DNA of 60,670 nucleotides, counting the filler, from Sphacelaria rigidula (taxonomy: Eukaryota): the NCBI GenBank assembly GCA_964200075.2. It is 4 parts of 4 records of this genome, joined end to end, with 100 filler letters (N's around TTAATTAATTAA, not from the genome) between each part and the next. Parts side by side here need not be neighbours in the genome. Positions count along the whole stretch, not along the records: positions 45,581 to 60,670 come from CAXNAA020001911.1; 3 more parts are not named here. One strand, 5' to 3'. Of this stretch, positions 48,501 to 60,670 are shown one piece after another (the first letter of the stretch is position 1; every line of letters begins with the position of its first letter). The position numbers and the translations under genes were made by a program. The notes below the pieces were generated by a model, which saw nothing but the letters and a program-made list of their open reading frames with translations, was not told the origin of the DNA and made no database searches.

Positions 48501-49517
48501 ACTCCGTTCAAAACATGACACAAAGGAAGACATGAGCACGGGTCACGCACAGCACAATACGTGAGCCGAAACAAACCACGAGAAAAACGGGAGCACTGTT
48601 TTGTCCTCGAACGGGCCGCATAAACAAGGAGCTTCACGCGTGAGTTCTAAGAGCAACAAAACAGAAAAATGATGTATCATGCCAGAGGTCCCGACGGAAC
48701 GGAACATCGAGAAAACAGTCACAACAGAAAAAGGTTGGAGTAAGGGGAAGCGAATGGCGATCAACATCCTCGCGACCACAACGATGCTGGGAGCCTCAAG
48801 GGAGAACGGGCCGATCCTCACCCCTGAGTAAACTCCACCGCCAGATGCAGTAAAGGAGCGGACGGTACCGTCTCCTCGTACATGCGCATCATCTGGGATT
48901 CCTGGGGAGTGGCCGCAATGTCGAGGTACGCGCGCTCCAAGACAGTTTCACCCTGCGGTGAAAGAAGCGCACCATGTGAGAGCATTGTCATTTTCTGAAA
49001 GAGAGACACTTGCTATGGCGCGGTTTAAAACGGGTCAACGAGACCGACCTCGACGATACACAGACACCAAATGGGTGACTTGCTTCACTCCGTGCGACAG
49101 CCAGGTGTTGTGGGCACGAGAGCGCTCTTTGCAGGTGTTTACAAAAAACGACCACGTCGCGGGAATGTTTGTTTTTGTTTCCCCGAAGTTGTGTGGCTCG
49201 CGACCACAAATGTTTCTCTTCCAAAATGGGCACCCCAATGTGGCGAAACAATCGAAAGACTTCAAAATGAAACAAAATGCACTACAATATACCACATGGT
49301 GTGTCATGCTCCACCAACATAGCATAGTGTTGCACCGCACCGAAGACACGCCAAGGGTGTGTCGGGCAGGGTATTTCTTGCATGTGGGAACTGTGAACAA
49401 TCGTAGTCGAAGCACGGAAACCTCGGGTAGAGGCTTGAGATCATGCTTAACAATACTCAGACTTTCGGTACAATGATGCGATCGTACCTGACTCAAGCCA
49501 ATAACTGGGTGTAAAGG

Positions 49518-49518
<1 letters not shown>

Positions 49519-49581
<63 letters not shown>

Positions 49582-49635
49582 GCTGCTACTACTACTGCTG
49601 CTGCTACTACCACCACTACTACCACTACTACTACT
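49519..49635. repeat. (ACT)n microsatellite with GCT/ACC variants
   Basis: About 39 trinucleotide units; the source of the poly-V and poly-S ORFs. Confidence 0.95.
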
Positions 49636-52389
49636 GAAACGAAAAACGTTGCGGGTAAAAGAATTGTGCACCTTTGACAATAGGTGGTGCAGTAAACAGT
49701 TACAACAGGAAAAACGTGTACTGAGTAAAATATTGAGTTTATCGCCTACTGCCCAGTGTAATCTCATAGATAATGCACCTCTTTCATCTCAAAATACACG
49801 CACTGAACGGAAAGAACATGTCCAATGCACTTTCATTTCAACTAGCATTCAGGTGAGAAGAACCATGATCACTATGTCTGTACTGTATGGTGCAACAAAC
49901 ACCACGGGGCTGTACTGTCTTGCGACACTCACACGTTACACAATGAGCGTAAGGTCGAGGAGGTTGTTTGCTGGTGATTTCCCATGACGTGGTAGTATGG
50001 CAGCTGACGACCACCGTCAAACAGGCTTCCTGTCTGTTGGCAGGCCGTCGGAGCTAGTGTATTGGGAAATTCAAAACCATACTTGCAAATTATGTGCATT
50101 GGTCGTTGCGAAAAACTCCCATCCAACCTTGAATGGCGAACTCAGCGGGTGAAAATGGTGAGCATCGAATGAATGCGTGCATTATCATACAGCACCGGCT
50201 TCTTCTTCAGGTGGAAATGCAGCTAGTGGGAAAAACGGCGCCTGCTGCAAAAACAGGTATGCTGCTCGTCATATTTTCTCGTATACGTACTTCGTTCAGT
50301 ATATATTACACAGAACTTCTCCGTATACCAGCGCCGACACGTGTGATGCACATTGAAGGAAGCATCGACAAAAGCATAGTCTAATGCATTGCAGGTTCAC
50401 CGTTATTTAATCGGCGGGAAAGGCGAACCCATCTTGGTTTCATGACAGTGTTTCAGCATCGCGCTTCCCCTGACCAATGAAAAAACAATCCTAGCTCCAT
50501 CTGTATGTACAGATCGCCCACGGTGGAGGTCTTCGTCGTACCAAAGCGTGGTGCTTGTTTCGGCGTCTTTTGTGCAGAAAGGATGGGCATGCACTCCGGA
50601 AGCAAATCTTCTTCACACTCGCACAAATCGCTCGAGTTAATATGATACTGAACGAATACTCGTGACCCAACACACATCGCGGTCGGGGTCATGACTGACG
50701 ATGCTTACTCATCTCTGGCATCGATGTCGCCGCATCGACATAGCAGCGGCCTTTTACACCAGAACAGGTTGAAAACCAGCACGACGTCACACCCTGGACG
50801 ATCTGTGATCAAAGGCTGCAGCAGGAAAGAGCTGTACTGCGTGAAATGTAGGTCTATTGAAAAAACTGTCGGAAAAAAGAGCAGGTGCTGCGTAAAGTAT
50901 AGGTGTATTGAAACTACAGTAGTTTTCATCTGACGTGGGAGATTTTCGTAGTTTTTTCGTAGTCGGGAATATTCGAAAGTGTTTCGTGTGCCGCCGCTCA
51001 TCCCAGTGAGCGTTTGATCCCAAACTTTGGGGATCGGGAATCGACTACACATCTCGAAATAATCTACCTGCGCTCATTATCGAACGACTCACGGCCTGCT
51101 CGGTTTTTGGGGGTCCTGAGACTACCCAGCTCCAGTTTTTGACCAAGTTTCATTTATTGCGCTAGAGCCGGAACACTGTGTTTTTTGGACCAGTGACGGT
51201 CGATAACACCTCGTGATGGCAAGATACTTAACTCGTATCACCCCGACAACAAGATATTGAGGATTGTGTTCTGAGCGCGACCTGCTCCTCTCCCCAGTGT
51301 ATATCGACGCTAGGACTCTTAAGCGCCAAGGACGGATACTACACGAGAAAATTTAAAAAGGTACTCGGAGACAAAATTGTCTAACTGAGCTCGGCATAGC
51401 ACAGGTGAGGGTGAACCATTTCTGATCACTGTCACGAATGATTTCATAGAACGTTTTTTGTATTTTTACCTCTTCATTGCGCTAGAGCCGAAAGGAGGTG
51501 TGTTTTGAACCAAAAACGGTCGATAAAACCTCCATCAACTTAGGTCGGAAATCGTCAATATTGAGCGCAGAGACGACTTTCTGTTTCGGAATGTGGAGCG
51601 GATACCTTGTATCTCCCGATTCATAAACGTTGGGATCAACCGTTCGCTGGGATGGGTGGTGGCACACGAAAAAAACAGTGAAAATCGCCGACTACGAAAA
51701 AATGACAAAAATGCCCTACTTCCTACGAAAACTACTATCATATATTTTCGGTTCCGACGATAGATGCAATGGACTTCTACTCTACGCAGCACATTTTATT
51801 TCTCATACAGTTATTGGACATATACTGCCTAGGGTGTGCACGACTTGCAATACCCAAAGCAGCTGTGGTCCTGGAATTGGCGAGCGATCGCAGTTTCGGT
51901 GTTCGACTTCAAGACGGGGTGGAAGACTTGGACGACTTTTCCACAACTGAAGATCCCCGCGGTGGTGGCCTCGAGTCTCGGTTTCAAGGATTGGACGAGT
52001 AACGATTCGTCTGAAAATTGCTTACTTTTATTGTGACTGATTCAGACCGTAAAAATCAATCCTTGGGGTTTCTTTTTCAGCGTTGAACCCCCAGGTACGC
52101 GCACTACCGGCACGTGGAATAACGCAAAAATTGCTCAAAAGCTTGTTAGACCTGCCTGCGATCAACTTTTCTCCCACTTTCGAACGATCAGACCTCACAA
52201 ACCATGCAACTTGTGATCCGAACAGGCAATGATTCATCCGACCCTTGCGTGGTTTGCAGTTCGACACTGGTGTCTCGGGGGTGCTTCCGTTGATGGGCTA
52301 GATGCCAGGAGTGGCGGGCAATCTAACGGTATTGATGTTCGTGAAACGATAGATTCATCTCGTCACGCGTCTTCACTTCATGAAACGTT

Positions 52390-52600
52390 TGATATCAAGC
52401 CGTTCGACTTCCCCTCGATTATAGAGTGCACGCGGAGCGATCCTGGTGGGGACTTCGAGGGGCCTTCTAGTGACCTGTGCGGGGAGCGATTCATAAGGCA
52501 GGAATTGAACCCTGTCTACAGTCCTGAGTATAACGGGGTGGCAGGAAGTTGTATGGCGATGATAGAGGCAGCAGCAATGGCAGCTTGACAATATTCGGCA
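52390..52600 (+). mobile_element. Ty1/copia integrase core relic
   Basis: IECTRSDPGGDFEGPSSDLCGERFIRQELNPVYSPEYNGVAGSCMAMIEAAAMAA is a degenerate RSDNGGEF...P..NGVAER motif. Confidence 0.8.
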
Positions 52601-53413
52601 AAAGCAAGCATAGTGAGTGTAGGTGATTACAATTTCAGATCCCCACACTTGATTCAAGTATGGTGCCAACCACTTGATCCAAGTATACCCTCTAAACCCC
52701 ACACAAACGCGCAGATCACCGAAATCATGATCTATATGGAACAGATCAGGTCCGAATCTGGGAAAGCGTTGACTCACCTGCGGTGGCGCAATACCCCAGT
52801 TGTGGAGCAATGTACATTCAGCGTCCATGTACACCTACGAACCCTATCCTCCAAATCTTCGCGAGGCTACCAGCATATTATTCTCATAACAGAAACTGCG
52901 GGAGTTGAGACAGGCAACATACCTCCCACATCATATCTTCCAGTCTGCTGTACATCTTGCAGTCAGGGCGCACGACCAGGAAGTCTGGATGCCGGCCTTC
53001 AACTAATGACTTCATATAAGGGCTCAGGCGATCAAATCCCTTCTGCTTCATGCAAAACAGGCCACGGGGGGGGTGAGGACGTCGGTTGGCGGCCGGGGGT
53101 CAGAAGCGGAGGCGGGAGGAGGCATACCTCCCTTCACCTGGCTCTTTTCTTACATGGAACAAGCACCGATACCTACGGCGGGCTACCTTTCTTTATGAAG
53201 AGATTATGATATATTGTTCAAGGGGTCAACGGCGTGAGACACAGTACACGCTGTCATGGCGTTTAATGGAAAATGACAATCGATATGTGGCGCGGTACGA
53301 CATTTCGGAAGAGTGGTGAAGGCTCCCTCGCCTACCAAAGAATCCACGAAGGGGATCGACGCCGGGGAGGGGGGGAGAGGGGGAGAGGGGGAGAGGGGGA
53401 GGAGAGGTGGCAC

Positions 53414-54335
53414 TCATTTGTTGCTTGCCCAAGTCGTTTGACCATTGACCACGCATCCCTTTCGAGGCGGAGCACCGTTCCTACTCCTGATGAAGGCAAT
53501 TCCAACATTCTGGCGTTCATTACGTTTCTTCCACACACTACACAAAAACCTTTCACATATCTGATCCCCGTCCTGTTTCGCCGTCTGTGGCCACAATCTA
53601 TCTCCTGGTATAGCCATTGTTTTCTCCCTAGTGTCTACTGCATCAAACGACCACATCTGTTCACGTCCCTCATTTTCCCCTCTGGCGCGCCCCGTTCCTC
53701 CTTGCGTACTTCACATTCTGCAACAATATGAGTTCTGCTCCCTATTGCTTTGCCACAGGGGCAACTCTGTGCATCTACTTTCCCCTCCTCTTGGCTACTG
53801 GCACATTTATTAATTCTCTCTGGCAGGTGCAGGTCCCCCACAAGAAATCGCAGTTTCATCTTTTTCGCCGCGTCCATTGGGCCATTCGGATGTATTCTCG
53901 TCGCTATTCCCTCCCTCAACCCCCCGTCTCTACAGGTGTTCGTCCTCGTCTACTTTGCGTCTGAGCGCTTCTTTCCCCCGTATTTCCATCATGTCTCTTA
54001 CTTTTGTCCTGTACCCCGCACCTTCACGTATGGACAGTATCTCGTCTTAATTTCCTCTCAACTCCTTCCATACTTCCTCGACTTCTCGATCTCCTCTCAT
54101 TCCAGCCTGCCCTTTCCGAATTTTCTTTCATACAGCCCCTTCAACCATGGCTGGCAATCTCTTTCTCTGCCCGGTTTTCACGCTATATTTCCATCTCAAT
54201 CTTCTCATGTCCCTGCTGGATTCAAGTGGGTACATTTCCAACTCTTCTCTCAATGCTGTACTACTCATCGTTTTCGAGCAGCAATGAGGACAACTGTATT
54301 CCAGACCACCATGAGTACCCCACCCTGAAGAATAG
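53414..54335 (-). mobile_element. 5'-truncated LINE (3' ~0.9 kb of ORF2 with Cys/His motif)
   Basis: ALREELEMYPL...; KLRFLVGDLHLPER...SCPCGKAIGSRTHIVAEC (CxC..H...C knuckle); ends GCVVNGQTTWASNK*, then a C-rich tail at 53363-53406. Confidence 0.85.
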
Positions 54336-57290
54336 ATGTCGTTGAAAAAACGTGTGCTGCGCACAGTATGAAATATATTGTCAATAGCAATAGACGCAAA
54401 AGTCGATACTGTACGCAGTACCCCGTCCGAAAATGCAATCGGTTTTCAGAGTGCGCTGAGTACACGACCTCCGAAAAATCGAGTACTCCAGTATGGACTG
54501 CCGCATACGCTGAATATCCCAGGGTACCTAGGGGGTGGTATTCCGGTATGTCCTTGGGTAGTCGCCTTCAACTACTGTGAAAAACCTCGTACTGGGCGCA
54601 GGGCAGTGGACGTACGGTCGGGAGATGTGAATGCGAATCAATGCGATTGATGTCGGGGTAATACGGTGTGCGGTACAAGGTCTCACACCATTACACCTGG
54701 CATCACACCACAGTATGCCTATTTTTCTCTGGCGTCTTTGCGGTCTAGTTCGAAGACCTATTGTGTAGGTATCAATGGTGTCGTCGACTTATGGCAAAGT
54801 CATTGATTCATATATCTGGATGGTGCCTTTCGTTTTCAGTGTTTATGCAGTGCTCAGTATTCAAGAGCACGTGAAGTATTCGGCTGCCGAAAATACTTGG
54901 AATTTCACAGCACCTGGAGCCTTGTATCGTCCCGGGTACTGGGTATTCTAACACAAGTTAGGACTCGACTGCCAGAAATATTTGTTGTTCCAATGTACAT
55001 GTGGGATCGGCTATTGCAGACACGGAATATCTCGGTACTTAGATTTTCGGTACCTCCACCTACCCGAACATACTCGGACGCTCCCCAATTCTAGGCATAC
55101 TGGAGCGTTGTTGTGTCGAGTGTATCTGTCCGTCTTTTCCAGAAATTTTACCTCTCCCTCCATATGGTGATAATCAAATATTTACGGCACGAAGAACATG
55201 GCACTGGGTGCTGAAAACAAACGCGTACCTGCTTGTCTACATGCATGCGTACATGTGGGTATGCAGGTAAATGTATCCAGTTAAATACGTCACTGTTCAT
55301 CATATTTGCAGCGCCAATACCTACGAAACTCTTATCAAGTTGGTGATAATGTGTGCCGCAGTCGTGTAGCCTTCCGATGTATCCCTTGCGGCGAAGGTCC
55401 TCACCCGGTGAGTCAACATACCGTGTCAGAAAAGGCGTCGTTGCGGACAGGTTCCCGAGGTCAAAGTATTCTTGAACGATGTTAATCGTCGCCGTTCCCG
55501 TTGTTTTATTTCAAGTCCCTATATGATTTCACGCAACGTAGAAAACGTGTCGTTATGACGTACCGCTTGGTTCTTCGCTGGCGTATTGGGGTGTCGAGTT
55601 TTTGCAGTGGAGGGGGAGAGGATTTGCAACATCTTGGCCCCCGCGTAGGCTATTAGTGTGCTGTCTATGTTTGACGCCATGGTCATTCTACAGAACAGGC
55701 TTTCAATTTTCGAAGGATGAAGAGAAACGCCTCAGTCTCCGGCTTGTAACTAATACCTAGGGCCAAAGCTCATAGGAGTAGGGCGATGCGTGCACTGCGC
55801 CAAATGGACAGGGTGTTGCAGTGCGTTCGATCTCCACATCGCCTTGAGCTTTCCCAACGCTCCAGGCGCCTACCCCGCATGACTGCCACTAGGCGATCTA
55901 GCGGAGCCTCCGGGAAATCGGCACGCGAACTCGCTTTCGGGGCAAGTGCTCAGTGACGTTTCCTATTTCCATCAATGAAAAACCCTCTCAACAAACACGA
56001 CAATCCCCCTCTATCGTTGAACGACTCGTGCGCATAGTTGATATTTCTTTATGTAGATTCTAGCTCCGGTTGAATCTACCGGTGCAAGTACAGACACTAC
56101 TCTTCGAAGGCTCGGAGAGGCATTTCGGAACTGAACACAGTCGATAGAATATTCGGGGACGGAACTTTTCGTTGGGAATTAGGAAACCCCGGAACGGTGC
56201 GCGGAAAGTGCCCATACATACATTTTCCCAAAAATATTTCGGTAGTTACAAGAGGCTCCGCAACGATTTGGCGGCGACCTCGACCAAGTTGGCGGTGCAC
56301 TCGGGGGAGCGCGGTAACGGCTTGTCGTCAAAGCCATCCCAACGAAGTTGATGGCGCACTGGGGAGAGCTAGCGACGGTTTGTCATAATCTTTCAATACA
56401 AGACATCCTCTCCCTTGCGTGGATTGCTAGTAAGCAAAGTGAGTTTGTGTTGCTACTGAGCGAAAATACAGTCGCCATGATGTGGTCTGTTCCGGTACAC
56501 ACCATGCTCTCGACCTTGGGTTCTCTGTGCGGCCGGGTACATCAGCCGGCAGCTCTTTCTCTTTATAGTATGTCGGGGGTGCATTTTGACACATGGGTGA
56601 GAAGCAGGCGAAGACAGACTCTTGAGCTTTGATATTGCAAAAAATCAACGCACAACACTTTTTCATTTTCAAGCTGGCACTGGGGGGTCACGCAGACAAC
56701 GGGAAGTCGGCCACGCGACGAGTAGTGAGGGAAAACAGGATCATTTTGCTGCACTGCACCGTACTGTACTGTGCTTTGCGCTGGTTGTGCTGACCCCGAT
56801 TGAAAGTGTGATCCTAGTATCCACGGTTCAGGTCAGAAACGTTTACTGCTTGGTACGGTTAAGTTGGCCCAACTTGTTTATCTAGTGTGGACTCCGAAAT
56901 CCGGATCTTTAATGCGGGATGTCCTCCTAGCGTCCGAAGAACGCACTTTTGTCTTCCGTCGCCTGCGGCGCCGATTTAAGGTCCGGCAATACACACTTTG
57001 CCCGGGAAACTTTTGCGACCCTATACGCTTTCTGTTCTAGGTTGCCACTGAAGCATTTGATACCCTTGAGTAGGACATTGACCTATAGCTGTAGCCAGAC
57101 ATTGATACAGGCAAAGAACGGGACACAAAAGATGAAAAACTGGTCAAGTTAGAGCGAATAGTAAATCTCGCTTTCAATCAACGCAAGACTCTCAATCTCA
57201 CGGACAAATCGTTAGTAGCGAACGAGCCCCAAAACATGACCCCACCTCTCACGCGTGTCGCATCCCTTACCTACCGAAATAATCACTCAC

Positions 57291-57497
57291 CCCCGCTGTA
57301 ACTGCCGATCCATTCGCAGGAGCAAACGCCACGTTCCACTCAGACTTCTCTGGAGACCAACACGTTCCATGTAAACCTCCTTCGCGAGATGTAGAAGAAA
57401 CCTCTCGGTCGAGGCGAGGTCTCTCAGCTTCATGTCCCTCGGCAGAGCTCGCTGCTGTTGTTGCTCTACTTTCGAATCCGGACGGGATAATGATCAT
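57291..57497 (-). CDS. Candidate exon with an AP2-like beta-sheet segment
   Basis: CCCTACCCAG|ATG...GGG|GTGAGT; only one open frame; LHGTCWSPEKSEWNVAFAPANGSAVTAG resembles the AP2 pattern GVxWxxxxxKWxAxIxxNGKxxxLG. Confidence 0.3.
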
Positions 57498-57721
57498 CTG
57501 GGTAGGGTGGGTACGAGGTGGGGTCGAGAGCGTGACAGGAATCATTTTCCATGCGCGTCGATTAAGTGGATGGTATAGTAAGGGGCGGTAAGTTGTACTC
57601 AAGACTCGAACTACTCGCTGTGCAACCGTCACGACAGAATCAAAGGCCAAAACGTGTATATGCGGAAGTTTCGGCTCCATAGGAAGCTATGACGCTGTTT
57701 ACAGCCAGATCTGTTCCTCCA

Positions 57722-58158
57722 TAGAACACGGGAGTTTACAAATTGGGGATGGATCGTTTATTGGGGATGAAAACTCGGAGGATTCAAATCTCCGTATCCA
57801 CACCAAATCTTCGAATTGTGCTTTCATTTCTTCACTTGCTGGTGGCTCATGACAACTACTACCCGCCATTCAAAATTGGAATCTGATAACCGAAATGTCG
57901 GGGTCCTAGGGGGAAAACCAATTATGGGGAATTTTAGGTGCCCGATCGGACGCCAAAATTAGTTTTTCACCTAGAACCCCGACATTTTGGTTATCGGAAT
58001 CCATCTCTGTACGGCGTGTAGTAGTTGTCAATAGCTACCAGCAACTGAAGAAATGGAAGCATACCTCGAAGATTTGGTGTGGATATGAAGATTTCAATCC
58101 TCCGGGTTTTCATTCCCAATAAAAGATCCATCCCCTCTTTGTAAAATCCCGTGTTCTA
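57722..58158. mobile_element. 437-bp foldback/MITE with ~205-bp inverted arms and TA ends
   Basis: TAGAACACGGGA.TTTACAAA...GTCGGGGT.CTAGG pairs with the reverse complement ending ...TTTGTAAAATCCCGTGTTCTA. About 84% arm identity by manual count; loop about 25-30 nt. Confidence 0.92.
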
Positions 58159-58734
58159 GACGCAACCTTCAAGTTGTGCTAATGGCTAATGTACCATGCA
58201 GCTTTGTACTCGCTGTGCAATTCATGACACACTGCTTGTGGAAAATAGCTTCTGCGGTTCAACGCAAGAACCTTGCCGCTTTCGTTCGCACCAGCAACCG
58301 TGAGGCCAAGGGCACAAAAGGACAAGAGGAAAATGCCGGTATTTTTTTCAACATGGCTGTACCACGTTTCACTGTGGTTATCATCTCGCCATGGACACAA
58401 ACACCTAATAACTGCTATATTCACCCATCGGTGTGCTGTGCCATCAATCACTCCCTCCTTTGTCGAGACGGAGGCCGTAGCATCAGGGTATGAAGCCATT
58501 TCTGCCCCGGTGTATATCTCTCTGCGTATTTGTTCGCAATGGATCTAAACTCTTTTACCGTGATACCAGCATTCTTGGGTTTTTGTCCACGTGAACGAGA
58601 TTCAGCACTGAAGCATCGTATCCATAATGTTCCGAACACATTAACTTCGCCAAAATTGTCCCGTTACATTACCCGTAGGCCAACCAGTGTGAATACCTCA
58701 TACGTTCCACATTGCGTTGCTCGATGAAGACTAC

Positions 58735-58885
58735 CTTTTGGTCTAGCACTAGAACCTCCTCGTAGTCGTGCAGCAGCAGAGCTTCCAGGGCCAGCAAATT
58801 CCGCCCCCGTTCCGCGGCCAAGGCTTGCTGCACGAAACGCCCACTCGACCTCCACGCCGGGGCGGGACCATCTGCCGTGATGACC
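58735..58885 (-). CDS. Candidate exon (GC-rich, coding-like), phase-compatible with 57291-57497
   Basis: GCATCGCAG|G...AAG|GTAGTC; VITADGPAPAWRSSGRFVQQALAAERGRNLLALEALLLHDYEEVLVLDQK. GC3-rich codons; ends in phase 0. Confidence 0.4.
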
Positions 58886-59494
58886 CTGCGATGCACAACG
58901 TGGCATGCGAGAACAAGTGAGCAGTACAGTTTTCTTGTCATTTGTCACACGTTTACTCTTTTGGCACTGACGATGAAAAAGTGCGGATTTCGAGATCCTG
59001 GTTCTTGATTGACTCATGGTTGAGGTTCAGTCAGCTTTCACGCAAAGCTATTAGCCCGGGGAGAGTGTTTCAGACACATAAATGTGCCCCAGTGGAGCAC
59101 GGGACGTAGTATATCGAAAATAGACAGGTGGTACCGATTTTCGTATGCAATTCAGGCACGCAAGTGCTAATTTTGGCCGTGTGAACAAGGTTGAGCACGC
59201 TTGATCCGTGAGGTCTTTTCATTGGGCAAAATTAATCCGACCGCACCGGGGTAACATTTTGGGTGCGCGCATGAAGTATGCTGGTAAATTCTTTTGTGGC
59301 CTTCCGCCGTGAAAATGGTTGCCATCGGGTTTTTTTCTGTTCTCTTTTTTTTTTCAGGGCTTGAAATAATGAGGCGTTTGGCTCGGGGACAGAAGGGGAG
59401 GGTTGCCGATAAGTTAAACCTGTCCGTCCCCACCCTCGGGACGGGTCCGTGGTCTCAAGCGATCAATCCGTCTCTCCCCCGAACACGCCGGAAG

Positions 59495-60045
59495 ACGTAG
59501 CAAATAACACAAATGAAGATTTCCGTGGCGGGATGAAACAAATGTGGGTAGTGATCAAAGGGATAATAGGAAACCGGGCAAAAAAGACAGGCAACAGAAT
59601 AGCCGCACTCCGGGCACAGAACGGTAAAATGGTCAGTAGCTCGAAGAGGAGGAGAGAAGCGCTGGTAGCTAGTAGAGCACTCCCGTTAGCTAGTAACACC
59701 AAACACTAAACACGAAGTTCGACATGGAACTCGAAAAATAAATCAACACGTGGGCAGAGGCAAAATGTAGAGACGTCAACACGAGAGGATACGGACTGCG
59801 AAGAAAATGCAGACAGAATTTACCAGATACACACCAAAGGAGTGCGTAGCTAAACTCAAAAACAGAAAGGCAGCAGGGGCAGACGAAGTAGTGAATGAAT
59901 TTCCGAAGTACCAAGGGAGAGGGTATGGTCACCATGTTGATTATGCTAAATAACTGGATCCGGGAAAACGAGTACACACCCACGAGGTGCAGAGAACGCG
60001 TAGTAGTCACCCTTTTCGAAAAAAGAGACAATGCTGGCCCAGGAT
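59495..60045 (+). mobile_element. LINE ORF2 fragment (region just upstream of and into the RT domain)
   Basis: GMKQMWVVIKGII...; KAAGADE...GEGMVTMLIMLNNWIRENEYTPTRCRERVVVTLFEKRDNAGPG resembles the non-LTR RT pattern P..W..A.V..LFKKGD..DP.NYR. Frameshifted. Confidence 0.8.
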
Positions 60046-60299
60046 TATACTTCCTCTGTCCCGTAAGTCTTGTCGATTATGTTTGTGCGAGCCCTTACCC
60101 GTATCCGGTCTGATTTTCGATGTTATTTTTCGATTTCTCGGCTGTTTATTTAGTTGGATGCACACACATATATATATATATATATTTACAGCTCGCTGTT
60201 GAACTAAGCTCGCTGTTGAATTATGCGGCCGAACGGTCGCAAAACCATCAGTCGGCCTAAAAATGGCCGTATTTCGGCCCTCTTTCAGGGGTAAAAAAA

Positions 60300-60575
60300 G
60301 TGACCGATTCTGGTTGTTGACGTTCTTCAGCGCCGCAACCTTTGTTGGCCTCAGGAATGACGGGCGTCTAGTCCTTGTATTATTCGAAAGGTCGACCTCC
60401 TGAGTAGCGCAGATCTGGGCTTTGGCGTTTTTCCACATTTTCGTCCAGTACTCAGGACCAACACCGTAGCGTTCGCATATTGGCCCGAGCGAGCCCTTGC
60501 ACACCCTTCCCTTGCCCGGTGGAAAAGCGAGCGCAACCTCCATCGAAATCGCATAGCGGCGACCCAATTGTAGTC
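60300..60575 (-). mobile_element. Tc1/mariner-like transposase N-terminal (HTH) relic
   Basis: RRYAISMEVALAFPPGKGRVCKGSLGPICERYGVGPEYWTKMWKNAKAQ...RTRRPSFL resembles the HTH plus GRP linker of mariner-type transposases. No DDD domain is visible. Confidence 0.45.
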
Positions 60576-60604
60576 GCCACCCGTTTGGCGAGGAGGGGGG
60601 GGGG

Positions 60605-60670
60605 CGTACTCATTTGTTGCTTGCCTTAGTCATTTGACCATTGACCACGCATCCCTTTCGAGGCGGAGCA
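60605..60670 (-). mobile_element. LINE 3' end, cut by the window end
   Basis: ACTCATTTGTTGCTTGCC.TAGTC.TTTGACCATTGACCACGCATCCCTTTCGAGGCGGAGCA is nearly identical to 53412-53474. Confidence 0.9.

Noticed and set aside
49035-49767. Poly-Val and poly-Ser ORFs
   Set aside because: Translations of the (ACT)n microsatellite.
50100-50690. Cys-rich minus-strand frames faintly resembling the CxC clusters of KDZ transposases
   Set aside because: Needs several frameshifts and no catalytic motifs can be identified; cannot be supported without a profile search.
52613-53209. 198-aa plus-strand ORF
   Set aside because: Only a short integrase-like patch (VHVHLRTLSSKSSRGYQHIILITE); the rest is unrecognisable, so it is likely retroelement debris.
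55320-55510. Kinase-like peptide INIVQEYFDLGNL...RLHDCG on the minus strand
   Set aside because: No HRD or DFG motifs, an upstream in-frame stop and no compatible acceptor; probably chance.
56947-57082. Apparent further exon (VNVLLKGIKC...ATEDK|GTGCGT) of the AP2-like candidate
   Set aside because: Homology with 23420-23620 runs straight through the supposed acceptor and pyrimidine tract, so it is better explained as a repeat relic.

Overview
Eukaryotic, intron-rich, repeat-rich nuclear DNA, most likely from a brown alga (Phaeophyceae). This is inferred from long GT-AG introns, a plastid-derived rpl14-rpl24 junction (rpl24 is plastid-encoded in red-lineage plastids) and LINE/copia relics resembling those I recall from Ectocarpus. 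The window is not contiguous: identical 100-nt linkers (N44-TTAATTAATTAA-N44) join four ~15.09-kb segments (1-15094, 15195-30287, 30388-45480, 45581-60670), so adjacency across linkers means nothing. Segment 1 holds exons 1-2 of a transaldolase gene, with a dead Ngaro/DIRS-type tyrosine-recombinase retrotransposon in intron 1. Segment 2 has no recognisable host gene and consists of MITEs, minisatellite arrays and old repeats. Segment 3 holds three exons of a PTB/hnRNP-L-like RRM gene with an RS-like N-terminus, head-to-head with exon 1 of RIC1; one of its introns contains a mitochondrial+plastid mosaic insert (nad9 / petD / rpl14-rpl24). Segment 4 holds LINE, copia and mariner relics, a 437-bp foldback and two tentative AP2-like exons. 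I found no convincing new multi-gene system. The organellar mosaic, the RS-PTB architecture and a family of ~100-bp TTAA-targeting MITEs are the best leads. Most ORFs in the supplied track are spurious.
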